DNA from: Chloroflexia bacterium
Lineage (GTDB): Bacteria; Chloroflexota; Chloroflexia; Thermomicrobiales; UBA6265
Direction: 5' to 3'
Assembly: GCA_043427975.1 (NCBI GenBank)
Contig: JBHWTK010000033.1
Coordinates: 77,502-141,501, forward strand
Length of the DNA stretch: 64,000 bases
This document shows positions 26,858 through 36,426 of the stretch, piece by piece (the stretch's first letter is position 1; the number at the start of each line of letters is the position of its first letter). The notes beneath the pieces are model-generated. The model made no database searches. It had not been told where the DNA came from and saw nothing but the letters and a program-made list of their open reading frames with translations. The translations under genes were made by a program, and so were the position numbers.

Positions 26858-27931
26858 ATGGGTAAGAGATTAAGTCAGGTACTGGCCACGTTCCTGACCG
26901 TTGTCATGATGGTTGGCGCTCCTTCAATCGCAGCCGCATCCGGAATGTACGCGAGCCAGGGCAGTGGCCAGCAGGTCGCCTGGGACTCGGGATGGCAGGA
27001 AAAGGCTTTGGAGGAAAAGGACGCCGCTATTGCCGATAGCGTGTTCCTTGAGCATGGTGATTCCGGTGCCGAGTTGTTGGTGGCGTTTGTCGCGGCGGAT
27101 GGTGACGCAATTGCTGTTCGTGATGCCGCCTTCGCTGCATCCGGCCGCTCGGGTGCCAAGGTCTCACAGCTAGAAGACGGTGCATATGGCGATGTGAGCT
27201 ATAGCGTGGAACTTCTTCGAGCCGATGCAGGGGAGCCCGAGGGCGTATTCACCCTGAAAATCGCGAACACCGGTGCCGGTACGGCGGTCATCTACGTATT
27301 GGTCACCGATGCCGATGCGTTCTCTGAAGGGGTGAGCGCGGTACAGGTTGGTATCACCGTTGATGGCACTGCCGCCATGAATGGCGTTGATCCGGCCGGC
27401 ATGCAGAGCTTCCTCAACCTGGCCCAGGGAACGTCCACCCAGACCACGGGAACGGTGCAGGTTCCGACAGCCGAGGTGGTGCCGACTCAGGAACCGGTGA
27501 ACACGACAACGTCCAGTGGGAACTCGTTCACAAGCCCGGTATGGGGCTACACGGTCGAGTACGATGCCCCGTTCATGGATATGAGCGACGAGGCGGATCT
27601 TGACTTCATGGTCGCGAGTTACTCCCCGCTCGTGGTTGTCGGCTTCATGGGTCTTGAGAACCCGGGGGCCTCTCCGTCCGCAATTTTCGAAGCGCTTACG
27701 CCAACATTCATTGACTCGCTCGGTTCGAACGGGCGGTACATTGACGGCGGGTACATGAATGACCGGGCCGTTTGGGCAGGTGTTACGTCCGACGGTAACC
27801 AGATGGTTCAGCAGGTCGTCATCGTGAGCCCCTCGACGGTGGTTATCGTCACAATTCTTGGCGAGCCGGGCGTGAACATGTCGGAAGTTGGCGATGTACG
27901 GCTCAACGGCGTTTCGGTGTTCGGCAACTAG
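26858..27931 (+). CDS. secreted hypothetical protein
   Basis: Signal peptide-like N-terminus MGKRLSQVLATFLTVVMMVGAPSIAAASG; GGGAGG RBS. Confidence 0.6.
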   Translation: MGKRLSQVLATFLTVVMMVGAPSIAAASGMYASQGSGQQVAWDSGWQEKALEEKDAAIADSVFLEHGDSGAELLVAFVAADGDAIAVRDAAFAASGRSGAKVSQLEDGAYGDVSYSVELLRADAGEPEGVFTLKIANTGAGTAVIYVLVTDADAFSEGVSAVQVGITVDGTAAMNGVDPAGMQSFLNLAQGTSTQTTGTVQVPTAEVVPTQEPVNTTTSSGNSFTSPVWGYTVEYDAPFMDMSDEADLDFMVASYSPLVVVGFMGLENPGASPSAIFEALTPTFIDSLGSNGRYIDGGYMNDRAVWAGVTSDGNQMVQQVVIVSPSTVVIVTILGEPGVNMSEVGDVRLNGVSVFGN

Positions 27932-27974
27932 CCCGGTGGTTCCGGGAAGCCGATAGCGGGAGCCATGAGCCCGA

Positions 27975-28010
27975 GGAGAGGGCCCGACTATGTCGGGCCC
28001 TCTCCTTTTC
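27975..28010 (+). terminator. rho-independent terminator
   Basis: ggagagggcccgac-tat-gtcgggccctctcc followed by tttt. Confidence 0.8.
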
Positions 28011-28154
28011 TTCAGCATATCGGTGATTGAGCACCAGGAAGTGCAGCCCGGCTAGGGGCCACCTGGGATGAAGGGCACTGCATCAGCCGGCCGAGGGGTG
28101 ACGTGTTGGCTCCAGTGGCCAGCTTCTGCTGCCAAGGCAAAGGAAAGAACCGTT

Positions 28155-28189
28155 GAAAAACGAACCCGGGCCACGAGGCCCGGGTTCGT
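28155..28189 (-). terminator. rho-independent terminator downstream of the tRNA-Thr/tRNA-Leu pair
   Basis: On the minus strand acgaacccgggcc-tcgt-ggcccgggttcgt followed by ttttt. Confidence 0.75.
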
Positions 28190-28206
28190 AACGCTTGATG
28201 CGTTTG

Positions 28207-28292
28207 TGGTGCCGAAGGGGAGATTTGAACTCCCACGGGGTTACCCCCACTACGCCCTGAACGTAGCGCGTCTGCCGTTTCGCCACTTCGGC
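28207..28292 (-). tRNA. tRNA-Leu (anticodon CAG)
   Basis: Acceptor GCCGAAG/CTTCGGC, anticodon loop UUCAGGG, long variable arm TGGGGGTAACCCCGT, encoded CCA. Confidence 0.9.
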
Positions 28293-28311
28293 ATGAAGTG
28301 TTGTGGAGAAC

Positions 28312-28387
28312 TGGAGCCGAACGCCGGACTCGAACCGGCGACCTGCTGTTTACGAAACAGCTGCTCTACCAACTGAGCTAGTTCGGC
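28312..28387 (-). tRNA. tRNA-Thr (anticodon CGT)
   Basis: Acceptor GCCGAAC/GTTCGGC, anticodon loop UUCGUAA, TTCGAGT T-loop, encoded CCA. Confidence 0.9.
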
Positions 28388-28546
28388 AGCACCTTCTCCA
28401 CAAGGCCGCGTCAGTATACCAAAGGGTCTTTGGTGCTGCCAAGCATCCCTGACGCTGCTCACGTAGTGTACATTCTTTGTGCGTGGTTTGCACAGGGCAA
28501 AACCCGGATTCAGCACGACATTCCCGAACGACGAGAAAGACGCTTC

Positions 28547-29176
28547 ATGTCCCAGCCACGACCACGGCGAAGGCCACCCGCACAACGTCCGCAAGCCACC
28601 CAGGGTACGAACCGGGCGCCACTGGTGTACATCGCTATCGTCTCCCTCGTCGTGTTTTCTCTCATTCTCGCAGGGCTGTCCTCGGTCGATTGGTCTGGCG
28701 TGCTCGGCAGCTCCGAGCCAACGCCCGACTACACAACTGATGCCATTGCCATGCAGCAGACTGCCGTTGCTCAGAACCCTGACGACATGGCAGGGCGGGG
28801 GCTACTGGCGTCCATGCTCTCGAATTCGGGGAGGATGTCAGAGGCGATCCCTATCTATGAACAGGTGCTTAAGGAAGACCCGAATAATGTTGAGGTGCGC
28901 CTGAGCTTCGCCCAGAGCCTGCAGGCGAACGGGATGAACCACGATGCGGAGGCGCAGTTCCTCAAGGTCATTGAGCTTCAGCCCGACAACCATACCGCCC
29001 ATTACTTTCTTGCCCGGCTTTATATGGATTGGCAACCACGACGGGAAGAAGACGCCATTGGACATTTCCAGCGCGTCGTAGAGATCGCGCCGGATTCGTT
29101 CTACGCGGAACAGTCCCAGAACGTCCTCGACACCATTGGCCAGTCGACCCCTATTGCTTCGCCCACGGCACCGTAA
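28547..29176 (+). CDS. membrane-anchored tetratricopeptide repeat protein
   Basis: Basic N-terminus, one TM helix (LVYIAIVSLVVFSLILAGL), then TPR-like repeats (AIPIYEQVLKEDPNNVEVRLSFAQSL...); start set at ATG 28547. Confidence 0.65.
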   Translation: MSQPRPRRRPPAQRPQATQGTNRAPLVYIAIVSLVVFSLILAGLSSVDWSGVLGSSEPTPDYTTDAIAMQQTAVAQNPDDMAGRGLLASMLSNSGRMSEAIPIYEQVLKEDPNNVEVRLSFAQSLQANGMNHDAEAQFLKVIELQPDNHTAHYFLARLYMDWQPRREEDAIGHFQRVVEIAPDSFYAEQSQNVLDTIGQSTPIASPTAP

Positions 29177-29180
29177 GAGC

Positions 29181-29192
29181 GAACAGATGTTC
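29181..29192. promoter_or_regulatory. Cheo-type SOS (LexA) box GAACAGATGTTC overlapping the ruvB promoter
   Basis: cGAACAGATGTTCg matches CGAACRNRYGTTYC; TATACT -10 at 29204-29209 ends 6 nt before the ruvB ATG (29216). Confidence 0.6.
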
Positions 29193-29215
29193 GTTTCCTG
29201 CGGTATACTGGCCGT

Positions 29216-30319
29216 ATGACTGATGCACCACGACCCAAGGGTCGGCTCTCCACCATTTCTGCCGAAAACGAGCCCCAGGAACGGATAGTCACGCCCCACC
29301 TGCGGGAGGATGACGATCTCTCCACCGAGAAGAACCTGCGTCCGCGGTCGTTGGCGGAGTACGTCGGCCAGGCGAGGGTAAAGAACAATCTCAGCATCTT
29401 TATCCGGGCGGCACTGGAGCGGGGTGAACCGCTTGATCACATCCTGCTGTACGGGCCGCCCGGCCTCGGGAAAACCACGCTTGCACAGATCATTGCTGCC
29501 GAGATGGGAGTCAATCTTCGCGTCACAAGCGGACCGGCTATTGAGCGCCAGGGAGACCTGGTGTCCGTGCTGACCAACCTCCAACCGGGGGACGTGCTCT
29601 TTATCGACGAAATCCACCGCCTCAATCGCCTGGTGGAAGAGGTGCTGTACCCGGCGATGGAGGACTTCTCCGTCGATATCATCGTCGGTAAGGGACCGGC
29701 CGCGAGGACCATGCGAATTCCGCTCCCCAAGTTCACACTCGTTGGAGCCACCACCCGGCTGGCGTTGCTGACAGGACCTCTACGCGACCGTTTCGGGGCG
29801 GTATTGCGGCTCGAGTTCTACGACGATGATTCGATGGAGCAGATTATCCAGCGATCTGCGGGCATCCTCGGCGTACAGTTGGAAGAGCAGGGCGCCAGGG
29901 CCCTGTCCAGCCGCGCACGGGGCACTCCCCGCATCGCCAACCGATTGCTTCGACGCGTCAGAGATGTGGCACAGGTCATGGGTAATGGCGTTGTCACCGA
30001 AGAAATCGCCGCCGAGGCGCTGAGCCTACTGGAAATCGACCACCTGGGCCTTGACGATACCGACCGCCGGCTGCTTGAAACCGTCATCGACAAGTTCGAC
30101 GGTGGCCCGGTTGGAATCGACACGTTGGCAGCGGCGACCGCAGAGGAAACGGACACCATCATGGATGTGTACGAGCCGTTCCTCATTCAACTCGGGTTCC
30201 TGCAGCGTACGCCACGCGGACGTATCGCCACCCGTCGTGCCTACGACCACCTGGGACGCCCGTACGATCCTCAGCGAGCTGGCACAACGCAACAACCACT
30301 TTTCCAGGAGAACGAGTGA
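29216..30319 (+). CDS. ruvB: Holliday junction branch migration helicase RuvB
   Basis: Walker [18 protein letters not shown], typical RuvB length (367 aa). Confidence 0.95.
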   Translation: MTDAPRPKGRLSTISAENEPQERIVTPHLREDDDLSTEKNLRPRSLAEYVGQARVKNNLSIFIRAALERGEPLDHILLYGPPGLGKTTLAQIIAAEMGVNLRVTSGPAIERQGDLVSVLTNLQPGDVLFIDEIHRLNRLVEEVLYPAMEDFSVDIIVGKGPAARTMRIPLPKFTLVGATTRLALLTGPLRDRFGAVLRLEFYDDDSMEQIIQRSAGILGVQLEEQGARALSSRARGTPRIANRLLRRVRDVAQVMGNGVVTEEIAAEALSLLEIDHLGLDDTDRRLLETVIDKFDGGPVGIDTLAAATAEETDTIMDVYEPFLIQLGFLQRTPRGRIATRRAYDHLGRPYDPQRAGTTQQPLFQENE

Positions 30320-31374
30320 CCTCTTCGCAGCCCCCGAAGCTCGCAATTGCCGAGTTCGATTACCACCTTCCGCCCGAACGAATCGCCCAGGAACCGCTTG
30401 AGGATCGTGCCGCAAGCAGGCTCATGGTGTTGCACCGGGAGAGCGGGGCAGTGGAACACCGCATATTCCGGGATCTGCCCGGCCTGCTCCAGCCGGGGGA
30501 CCTGCTGGTGGTTAACGATTCTCGCGTGCTGCCGGCACGTATCCGGGGGTATCGCAGCACCGGTGGATCGGTGGAGTTCCTGCTGCTTCGGCCAGACGTC
30601 GACGGCATGTGGCTGGCCCTCGCAAAACCGGTCAGGCGGCTCTCGATTGGCGAACGCATCGCGATTCCGGCTCATGGCGACGCCGATTCTGCTTACGTGA
30701 CGCTGGTGGAAAAGCGTGCAGAGGGTCAGGCGCTGGTCCAATTGGATGACCACCTTAGCCAACACCTGGATGATTACGGCAGTGTGCCTCTGCCGCCGTA
30801 CATCACGCATCAGCTTGATGACGACTCCCGCTATCAAACGGTGTATGCGAACGAAACCGGCTCTGCGGCCGCTCCAACCGCCGGCCTGCACTTTACAGAT
30901 GAAGTGATCGCAGAGGTGAGGGCGCGTGGCGTCGATTTCACCTCTGTAACGCTACATGTGGGACTTGATACGTTCAGGCCGGTAACGGCCGAGTACGCCG
31001 AGGACCACGAGATCCACAGCGAGTGGTGCTCGGTGTCAGAAGAGGCATGGGAGAAGATCAGGGAGACAAAGGAGCGGGGTGGGCGAGTGGTGGCTGTAGG
31101 TACGACCAGCGCCCGAACCCTGGAATCCCTCGGCCAGCGAGTTCGCGATGGCCAGCCGGGTCCTTTCGATGCCTTTACCCGCATCTACATCACGCCGGGG
31201 TACCAGTGGACAATGGTGGACGTTCTGCTCACCAACTTTCACTTGCCAAAGTCCACCCTGTTGCTGATGATCAGTGCACTTGCCGGCAAGGAGAATGTGT
31301 TGGCGGCGTATGAGGAGGCGATCCGGACAGAATACCGGTTCTTCTCGTTCGGCGATGCGATGCTGATTGTGTGA
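30316..31374 (+). CDS. queA: S-adenosylmethionine:tRNA ribosyltransferase-isomerase
   Basis: [15 protein letters not shown]-terminus, [11 protein letters not shown] block; overlaps the ruvB stop. Confidence 0.9.
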   Translation: MTSSQPPKLAIAEFDYHLPPERIAQEPLEDRAASRLMVLHRESGAVEHRIFRDLPGLLQPGDLLVVNDSRVLPARIRGYRSTGGSVEFLLLRPDVDGMWLALAKPVRRLSIGERIAIPAHGDADSAYVTLVEKRAEGQALVQLDDHLSQHLDDYGSVPLPPYITHQLDDDSRYQTVYANETGSAAAPTAGLHFTDEVIAEVRARGVDFTSVTLHVGLDTFRPVTAEYAEDHEIHSEWCSVSEEAWEKIRETKERGGRVVAVGTTSARTLESLGQRVRDGQPGPFDAFTRIYITPGYQWTMVDVLLTNFHLPKSTLLLMISALAGKENVLAAYEEAIRTEYRFFSFGDAMLIV

Positions 31375-31380
31375 GGTGGT

Positions 31381-31992
31381 ATGAGCGATTTTCCAGAACT
31401 GAATGGTAAGACACGGGGTGACGCGTGGGCCCTGGTGACCGAATGGATCACCAGCGACAGCCTGCGCAAGCATTGCCTGGCAGTTGAGACCGCGATGCGT
31501 GCCTATGCTGAAAGGCTCGGCGAGCCGGTTGAAGCGTGGGGCATGCTTGGGCTGCTGCATGATTTCGATTACGAACGCTATCCGACCGTCGAAGATCACA
31601 CCAAGGTCGGATCGGCGTATCTGCGGGATAACGGGTGGCCTGGTTGGCTCGCGGATGCACTGCTCGCCCACGGGTTCGACGAGAACTACCCTCGAACCAC
31701 GCTATACGACAAGGCCTTGTTCGCCGTCGATGAGCTAACCGGGTTCGTCTCGGCGGTCGCGCTGGTACGGCCGTCGAAGTCTGTCAGGGACGTCAAGGTG
31801 AGCTCAGTCACAAAGAAGATGAAGGACAAGGCCTTCGCTGCTGCGATCCATCGTGATGAACTGCGACAGGGTGCCGAGGAGTTTGGGGTGGACTTCAACG
31901 AACACGTTGGCGTTATCATTGAGGCGATGTCCGCCAATGCCGAGGATCTCGGCCTGGCCGGCACTCCGATGAGCCAGGAACCTGGCCATTGA
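31381..31992 (+). CDS. HD domain-containing phosphohydrolase
   Basis: LGLLHDFDYERYP HD motif; 203 aa. Confidence 0.75.
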   Translation: MSDFPELNGKTRGDAWALVTEWITSDSLRKHCLAVETAMRAYAERLGEPVEAWGMLGLLHDFDYERYPTVEDHTKVGSAYLRDNGWPGWLADALLAHGFDENYPRTTLYDKALFAVDELTGFVSAVALVRPSKSVRDVKVSSVTKKMKDKAFAAAIHRDELRQGAEEFGVDFNEHVGVIIEAMSANAEDLGLAGTPMSQEPGH

Positions 31993-32038
31993 TGATCGGT
32001 GCAGGCGATGGTGCCGGCACCAGAACAGAAAGGCAAAC

Positions 32039-32561
32039 CATGGCAAAGCAGTGGAAGCAGCCATTTGAGATGTCGCTCGACGACAACACCACGTACACCG
32101 CCACACTGGAGACCAGCCACGGCTCGATGGACGTTGAGTTCTTCGTGGAGGACGCTCCCAATACAGTCAACAACTTCGTGAACCTCGCGAAGGAGGGCTA
32201 CTACGACGGTACGCCGTTCCACCGCATCATCAAGGGGTTCATGTTGCAGGGTGGCGATCCCACCGGCACGGGCATGGGCGGCCCTGGCTACAAGTTCAAC
32301 GATGAGAAGGTGAGCAAGCCGTACTCCAAGGGCACGCTGGCCATGGCCAACGCCGGCCCGAACACCAATGGCAGCCAGTTCTTCATCATGCACGCCGATT
32401 ACCCGCTGCCACCGAACTACACCATATTCGGTAAGGTGACGAGCGGCATGGATGTAATCGATGCTATTGCAAACGTGCCAGTCGGCGCTTCCCGCAGTGG
32501 TGAGCGCTCCACCCCGCTCGAGCCAGTCACGCTGCAGAAGGTAACGATCCACGAGTCCTAA
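32039..32561 (+). CDS. peptidyl-prolyl cis-trans isomerase (cyclophilin type)
   Basis: FHRIIKGFMLQGGDPTGTGMGGPGY and NGSQFFI blocks; start set at ATG 32039. Confidence 0.9.
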
Positions 32562-32584
32562 GGCCCACCGGTCCTGAAAACCAA

Positions 32585-32618
32585 GAAGACGCCGTTCCCC
32601 GCAGGGAACGGCGTCTTC
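32585..32618. terminator. bidirectional rho-independent terminator
   Basis: gaagacgccgttccc-cgca-gggaacggcgtcttc with T-rich tracts on both strands, between convergent genes. Confidence 0.8.
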
Positions 32619-32622
32619 GTTC

Positions 32623-32823
32623 TTAGGCAGCCTGCTGGCGTGCCCGATATTCCTCTTCGTACTCCCGCAGCAAGCGCAGCCAGTGCTCCTCGAGAGCCCC
32701 GATCGGCTTGTTGTCCGCGCGGAGCTGGTTGATCATCGCTTCACCGTGGTTAAGGCGATCAACCAGGTCGTCGAGCGCTGAACGCTTCTCGACGACAGCG
32801 GTAGATGTGGAAACAACTCGCAT
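32623..32823 (-). CDS. hypothetical small protein
   Basis: 66-aa ORF 15 nt downstream of the Rad52-like gene, GGAGG-type RBS (agggaggagagcc) upstream. Confidence 0.45.
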   Translation of the reverse strand: MRVVSTSTAVVEKRSALDDLVDRLNHGEAMINQLRADNKPIGALEEHWLRLLREYEEEYRARQQAA

Positions 32824-32838
32824 AGTGGCTCTCCTCCC

Positions 32839-33411
32839 TTAGGACGCGCGCTGGCTAACTGGTCGACGAGCCTCGAGCATATCGATAACACCGCTCGCCT
32901 GGCGCTTGTTCATGTTCATAAAGTCTGTACCGGTGTGCTGCTGGATCAGCGCACTCAGCTCTTCCGGCTGCAGCTGCATTTCTGCGGCAAGGCGCTGGAT
33001 GCGGGACTTCTGCGGAGCAGTTGCCAGGAACGCACTCGACTGGTTGAAGTGCTGCGGCTCTGGCTGACGATGGAAGGTTACTTCCGGCTCACCATCATCG
33101 TTGTCAGCAGCGGGTGTGCCATATCCCAGCGCCGTGAGCGCGCGGCCGATGGACTTGGTCTCGGCCTTTTCGATGTAGTTCTCAAAGTTGGCAGCGGTCT
33201 CGCTGCCCCAGCCGGTGGCACGTCCACCGCTGGGCAGAACCACGCTGGCGCGCATGATCGCGCGGCCATCGGCGTGGGATACCAGCTCAGTCTCGACGAC
33301 GGCCTCAGGGTGTTCGCTGCGCATCCATGCGATGCGGTGCTTCACTTCCAGGTAATCCTGGCCCTTGACTTTGCTGAGGAACTGGTTTGGATCAAAGGGT
33401 TGCTGGGCCAC
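32839..33411 (-). CDS. putative Rad52/Sak-like single-strand annealing protein
   Basis: DYLEVKHRIAWMRSEHP...ATGWGSE...YIEKAETKSIGRALTALGYG resembles Rad52-fold SSAP families (from memory, not searched); start moved to GTG 33411, which lies 7 nt after AAGGAG. Confidence 0.45.
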   Translation of the reverse strand: MAQQPFDPNQFLSKVKGQDYLEVKHRIAWMRSEHPEAVVETELVSHADGRAIMRASVVLPSGGRATGWGSETAANFENYIEKAETKSIGRALTALGYGTPAADNDDGEPEVTFHRQPEPQHFNQSSAFLATAPQKSRIQRLAAEMQLQPEELSALIQQHTGTDFMNMNKRQASGVIDMLEARRPVSQRAS

Positions 33412-33456
33412 AGTTCGTCTCCTTGCGGGCGGTTGAATCACGGGCGAACCCATGCA

Positions 33457-33468
33457 GAACACTTGTTC
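33457..33468. promoter_or_regulatory. Cheo-type SOS box GAACACTTGTTC
   Basis: aGAACACTTGTTCg lies 46 nt upstream of the revised start of the Rad52-like gene. Confidence 0.55.
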
Positions 33469-33484
33469 GTATGTGCCTATTCTA

Positions 33485-33496
33485 GAACTTCTGTTC
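33485..33496. promoter_or_regulatory. second Cheo-type SOS box GAACTTCTGTTC
   Basis: aGAACTTCTGTTCt lies 16 nt from the first box in the divergent region between the Rad52-like gene and dnaN. Confidence 0.5.
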
Positions 33497-33656
33497 TACA
33501 GTGTCAACCCCTGGAGATGGCGATTTCTCCGATGCATCCACGGCATTTTCGTGCGACAATACGAAAAGAAAGTACTGTGCATACGTTGCCAGTGAACGCC
33601 TATACGGCCCTGGTGGTCAGGTGCCGCTCAGTCATTCATACAAAGTGAGGTGGCCC

Positions 33657-34796
33657 GTGAAGGTCTCTTGCCTTCAGGAACAACTTCAACGAGGTTTGAG
33701 CCGCGTCAGCCGTGCGGTGGCAACCCGATCGACCCTGCCGGTGCTGAGCAATGTGCTCCTCGCCACCGACCAAGGGCGTTTGCGTATCGCCGCCACGGAT
33801 ATGGCCGTGGGTGTCACAACCTGGATTGATGCGTCCATCGAGGAAGAGGGTGCCCTCACGGTCGATGCCCGCCTGTTGAACGAGTTTGTCAATACACTGC
33901 CGGCTGGCGAGGTATCGCTTGTGTCCGACAGCGTGCGCATGTCCATCACCGTGCAGTCGGGCCGGGACAAGGCCACCATCAACGGCCTCGATGCCGAGGA
34001 TTTCCCGGTATTGCCGTCTGTATCCGGGGATGGCTTTACGGTTGAAGTAAACGGGCAGCTCATGCGCGAGGCGATCGCGATGGTGGAGTTCTCCGCCGCC
34101 AGCGACGAAAGCCGCCCCGTGTTGGCTGGTGTGCTCACGCGCTTCGATGGCAACACCATGACCCTGGCGTCGGCCGATGGATTCCGTATGGCGGTGATCG
34201 ACCAGCAGCTGGATTCGGCAGTCGATGGTCGGCACGATTTCATCGTGCCTGCCAGGGCGTACCGCGAGTTCGCTCGCATCATCGGTGACTACGATGGCCT
34301 GATTAAACTGTCGCTCACCTCCAACCGCAGCCAGCTCGTGGCGCGTGTGGGCGACACCGAATGGGTAAGCAGCCTGATCGACGGCACCTTCCCCGATGTG
34401 AAGCAGATCGTGCCCAAAGAAGTCGGCACCCGCGTAGACCTTGGCCGGGAATCGCTGCTGCAGGCGGTGCGCCGAAGCAGTTTCTTTGCACGCGAGAACA
34501 ACGACGTTGTTTACCTCACCATCCAGCCAGGCGCCGATGAGCTGACGCCGGGGAGTGTCGAGATCTCGGCGACCGCGGCGGAGCGAGGCAACAACCAGAG
34601 TTTCGTGGATGCAAGTGTCACCGGTTCTGAGATGCGCGTGGCCTTCAACAGTCACTACCTCACCGATGTACTGGGCGTGCTCCGCTCCGGCCAGGTGATG
34701 ATCGGCCTCAATGGTCCCAACGCTGCTGGCATTGTGCGGTCCGGCGATAACCAGAACTGCACGCACGTGATCATGCCGATGGTCATCGGCGGGTAA
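33657..34796 (+). CDS. dnaN: DNA polymerase III beta sliding clamp
   Basis: MKVSCLQEQLQRGLSRVSRAVATRSTLPVLSNVLL typical DnaN N-terminus; GTG start at 33657 gives 379 aa. Confidence 0.9.
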   Translation: MKVSCLQEQLQRGLSRVSRAVATRSTLPVLSNVLLATDQGRLRIAATDMAVGVTTWIDASIEEEGALTVDARLLNEFVNTLPAGEVSLVSDSVRMSITVQSGRDKATINGLDAEDFPVLPSVSGDGFTVEVNGQLMREAIAMVEFSAASDESRPVLAGVLTRFDGNTMTLASADGFRMAVIDQQLDSAVDGRHDFIVPARAYREFARIIGDYDGLIKLSLTSNRSQLVARVGDTEWVSSLIDGTFPDVKQIVPKEVGTRVDLGRESLLQAVRRSSFFARENNDVVYLTIQPGADELTPGSVEISATAAERGNNQSFVDASVTGSEMRVAFNSHYLTDVLGVLRSGQVMIGLNGPNAAGIVRSGDNQNCTHVIMPMVIGG

Positions 34797-34810
34797 CGCA
34801 CCGAGCCCGC

Positions 34811-35989
34811 ATGCGCGTCACCAGGATTACGCTCGATCAGTTTCGACGATACGACAACCTCCGTCTGGACGTGCCGCATGCCGGCCTCCGGATCGTTGGC
34901 AATAACGCCTCGGGCAAAACCAGTTTGCTCGAGGTGTTGTTGTTGCTTGCCACAACCAAATCTCCGAGGGTGAACGTGGAGCGGGACCTGATCCGATGGG
35001 AGAGTGGCGAGGAGTTTGGGCTCCAGCCGTACTCGCGCATTACCGCAAGGGTGGAGACTGGTTCTGGCGAACATGAGCTGGAGTTGCGGCTGGAGGCAAG
35101 CGCGAACAGCGATTCGACGGCGCGCAAGACCTGTATTGTGGATGGCAAGAACGTCCGGGCCAGCACAATGGTCGGCATCCTGAAAGTGGTGGAGTTCTCT
35201 CCGGAGGACGTGCAGCTTGTTGGTGGGCCTCCCGCTGACCGCCGGCGCCAGCTCGATATCCTTATCTCCCAGATCGATCGCCACTATATGCAGTCCAGCA
35301 CCAGGTACGGCAAGGTGCTGAGCCAGCGTAACGGCCTTTTGCGCACCTTCAACAAGGAGGGCGCATCCCATCGTTCCACCGAGGTGATTGAACAGCTCCG
35401 GTTTTGGGATGAAGAGTTGGTGCACCATGGCTCCCGACTCATCACTGCCCGGGCCAGGATCATCGATGCACTTTCGATGCACATGCGCGGGTGGTCTGCC
35501 GCGCTGCTTGGCGCCCATGTCATCGACAGCGTCTACCTGCCTGGCGTTCCGCGTGTGGACCACGTCCTGGCCCGAGAGTTCGAGGACGACCAGATGCTGC
35601 AAGCGGTGGAGGAGCGGTTCGCGAGAGAGCTCGAATCCGCCCGGGCCGATGATGTGCGGCGGGGAACCACTACCATCGGCCCGCAGCGAGACGACATGTC
35701 GATGCGCATCAACGCTCGTTCCCTGGCTTCATTTGGATCTCGAGGCCAGCAGCGTTTGGGTGTGATCGCGCTCAAGCTGAGCGAAGCGGACGTGATCGAA
35801 CGGTTGACCGGGGAGCAGCCGGTCTTGTTGCTGGACGATGCGCTATCTGAACTGGACGAATTTCATGCCCAGTGGCTGCTGGAAAGTGTCTCGAGTTCCA
35901 ATCGCCAACTCCTTCTAACATCGGCCATTGAGCAAACACTTGACCGACCGGAGTTGGCCCACCTGGAGACGATCCGGCTCGAGTCCTGA
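34811..35989 (+). CDS. recF: DNA replication and repair protein RecF
   Basis: Walker A GNNASGKTSLLE, SMC-like signature GSRGQQR, Walker B LLLDD. Confidence 0.9.
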   Translation: MRVTRITLDQFRRYDNLRLDVPHAGLRIVGNNASGKTSLLEVLLLLATTKSPRVNVERDLIRWESGEEFGLQPYSRITARVETGSGEHELELRLEASANSDSTARKTCIVDGKNVRASTMVGILKVVEFSPEDVQLVGGPPADRRRQLDILISQIDRHYMQSSTRYGKVLSQRNGLLRTFNKEGASHRSTEVIEQLRFWDEELVHHGSRLITARARIIDALSMHMRGWSAALLGAHVIDSVYLPGVPRVDHVLAREFEDDQMLQAVEERFARELESARADDVRRGTTTIGPQRDDMSMRINARSLASFGSRGQQRLGVIALKLSEADVIERLTGEQPVLLLDDALSELDEFHAQWLLESVSSSNRQLLLTSAIEQTLDRPELAHLETIRLES

Positions 35990-36053
35990 CCCCGCAAATC
36001 CTTGAACCGCTGCGGCACATCGTGTACTATTCAGCACGTTGCCTCGGCAGCAT

Positions 36054-36130
36054 GGCCCGTTCGTCTAGCGGCCTAGGACACCGCCCTCTCAAGGCGGAGA
36101 TCAGGGGTTCGAATCCCCTACGGGCTACCA
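36054..36130 (+). tRNA. tRNA-Glu (anticodon CTC)
   Basis: Acceptor GGCCCGT/ACGGGCT, anticodon loop CUCUCAA, TTCGAAT T-loop, encoded CCA. Confidence 0.9.
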
Positions 36131-36139
36131 CCAAATGAA

Positions 36140-36168
36140 AACGCCGGAGGATGTATCCTCCGGCGTTT
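36140..36168 (+). terminator. rho-independent terminator after tRNA-Glu
   Basis: aacgccggagga-tgta-tcctccggcgtt followed by t. Confidence 0.65.
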
Positions 36169-36426
36169 CCTGCGCTTAACGAGACAGTCCCGACCGGTCC
36201 GGTGAGACTTCTCGCAGACATCAGTTCCGATACAACGCCCCGCAACGTGTACCGATCTGGATTGCCCACCGCCATCGTTGATCGGGAAGTGCATAAAGCC
36301 CCGCAGCGATATACACACATCAACTTCTGGCGTGAAGAACACCAGTCCACTGGGACTGTACGTACATTCTATGCGCCACGGTGCGGCATGTCAACAGTGA
36401 ACGTACATACGCCATGGGGAGTCTGA

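Noticed and set aside
33412-33656. oriC next to dnaN
   Set aside because: There is no cluster of TTATCCACA-like boxes and no AT-rich unwinding element. The only repeated motif is GAAC-N4-GTTC, which fits LexA rather than DnaA.
33636-34766. 376-aa ORF antisense to dnaN, and similar long antisense ORFs at 38949-39974, 54143-55204, 58381-59190, 60399-61493, 28838-29617, 31686-32552, 34655-35602 and 27170-28018
   Set aside because: Each lies opposite a gene with clear family motifs and has none of its own. Long antisense ORFs are expected in GC-rich coding DNA.
36131-36426. Short ORFs (74-107 aa) after tRNA-Glu
   Set aside because: They overlap the tRNA and its terminator and have no RBS or motifs. 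The region is treated as intergenic.
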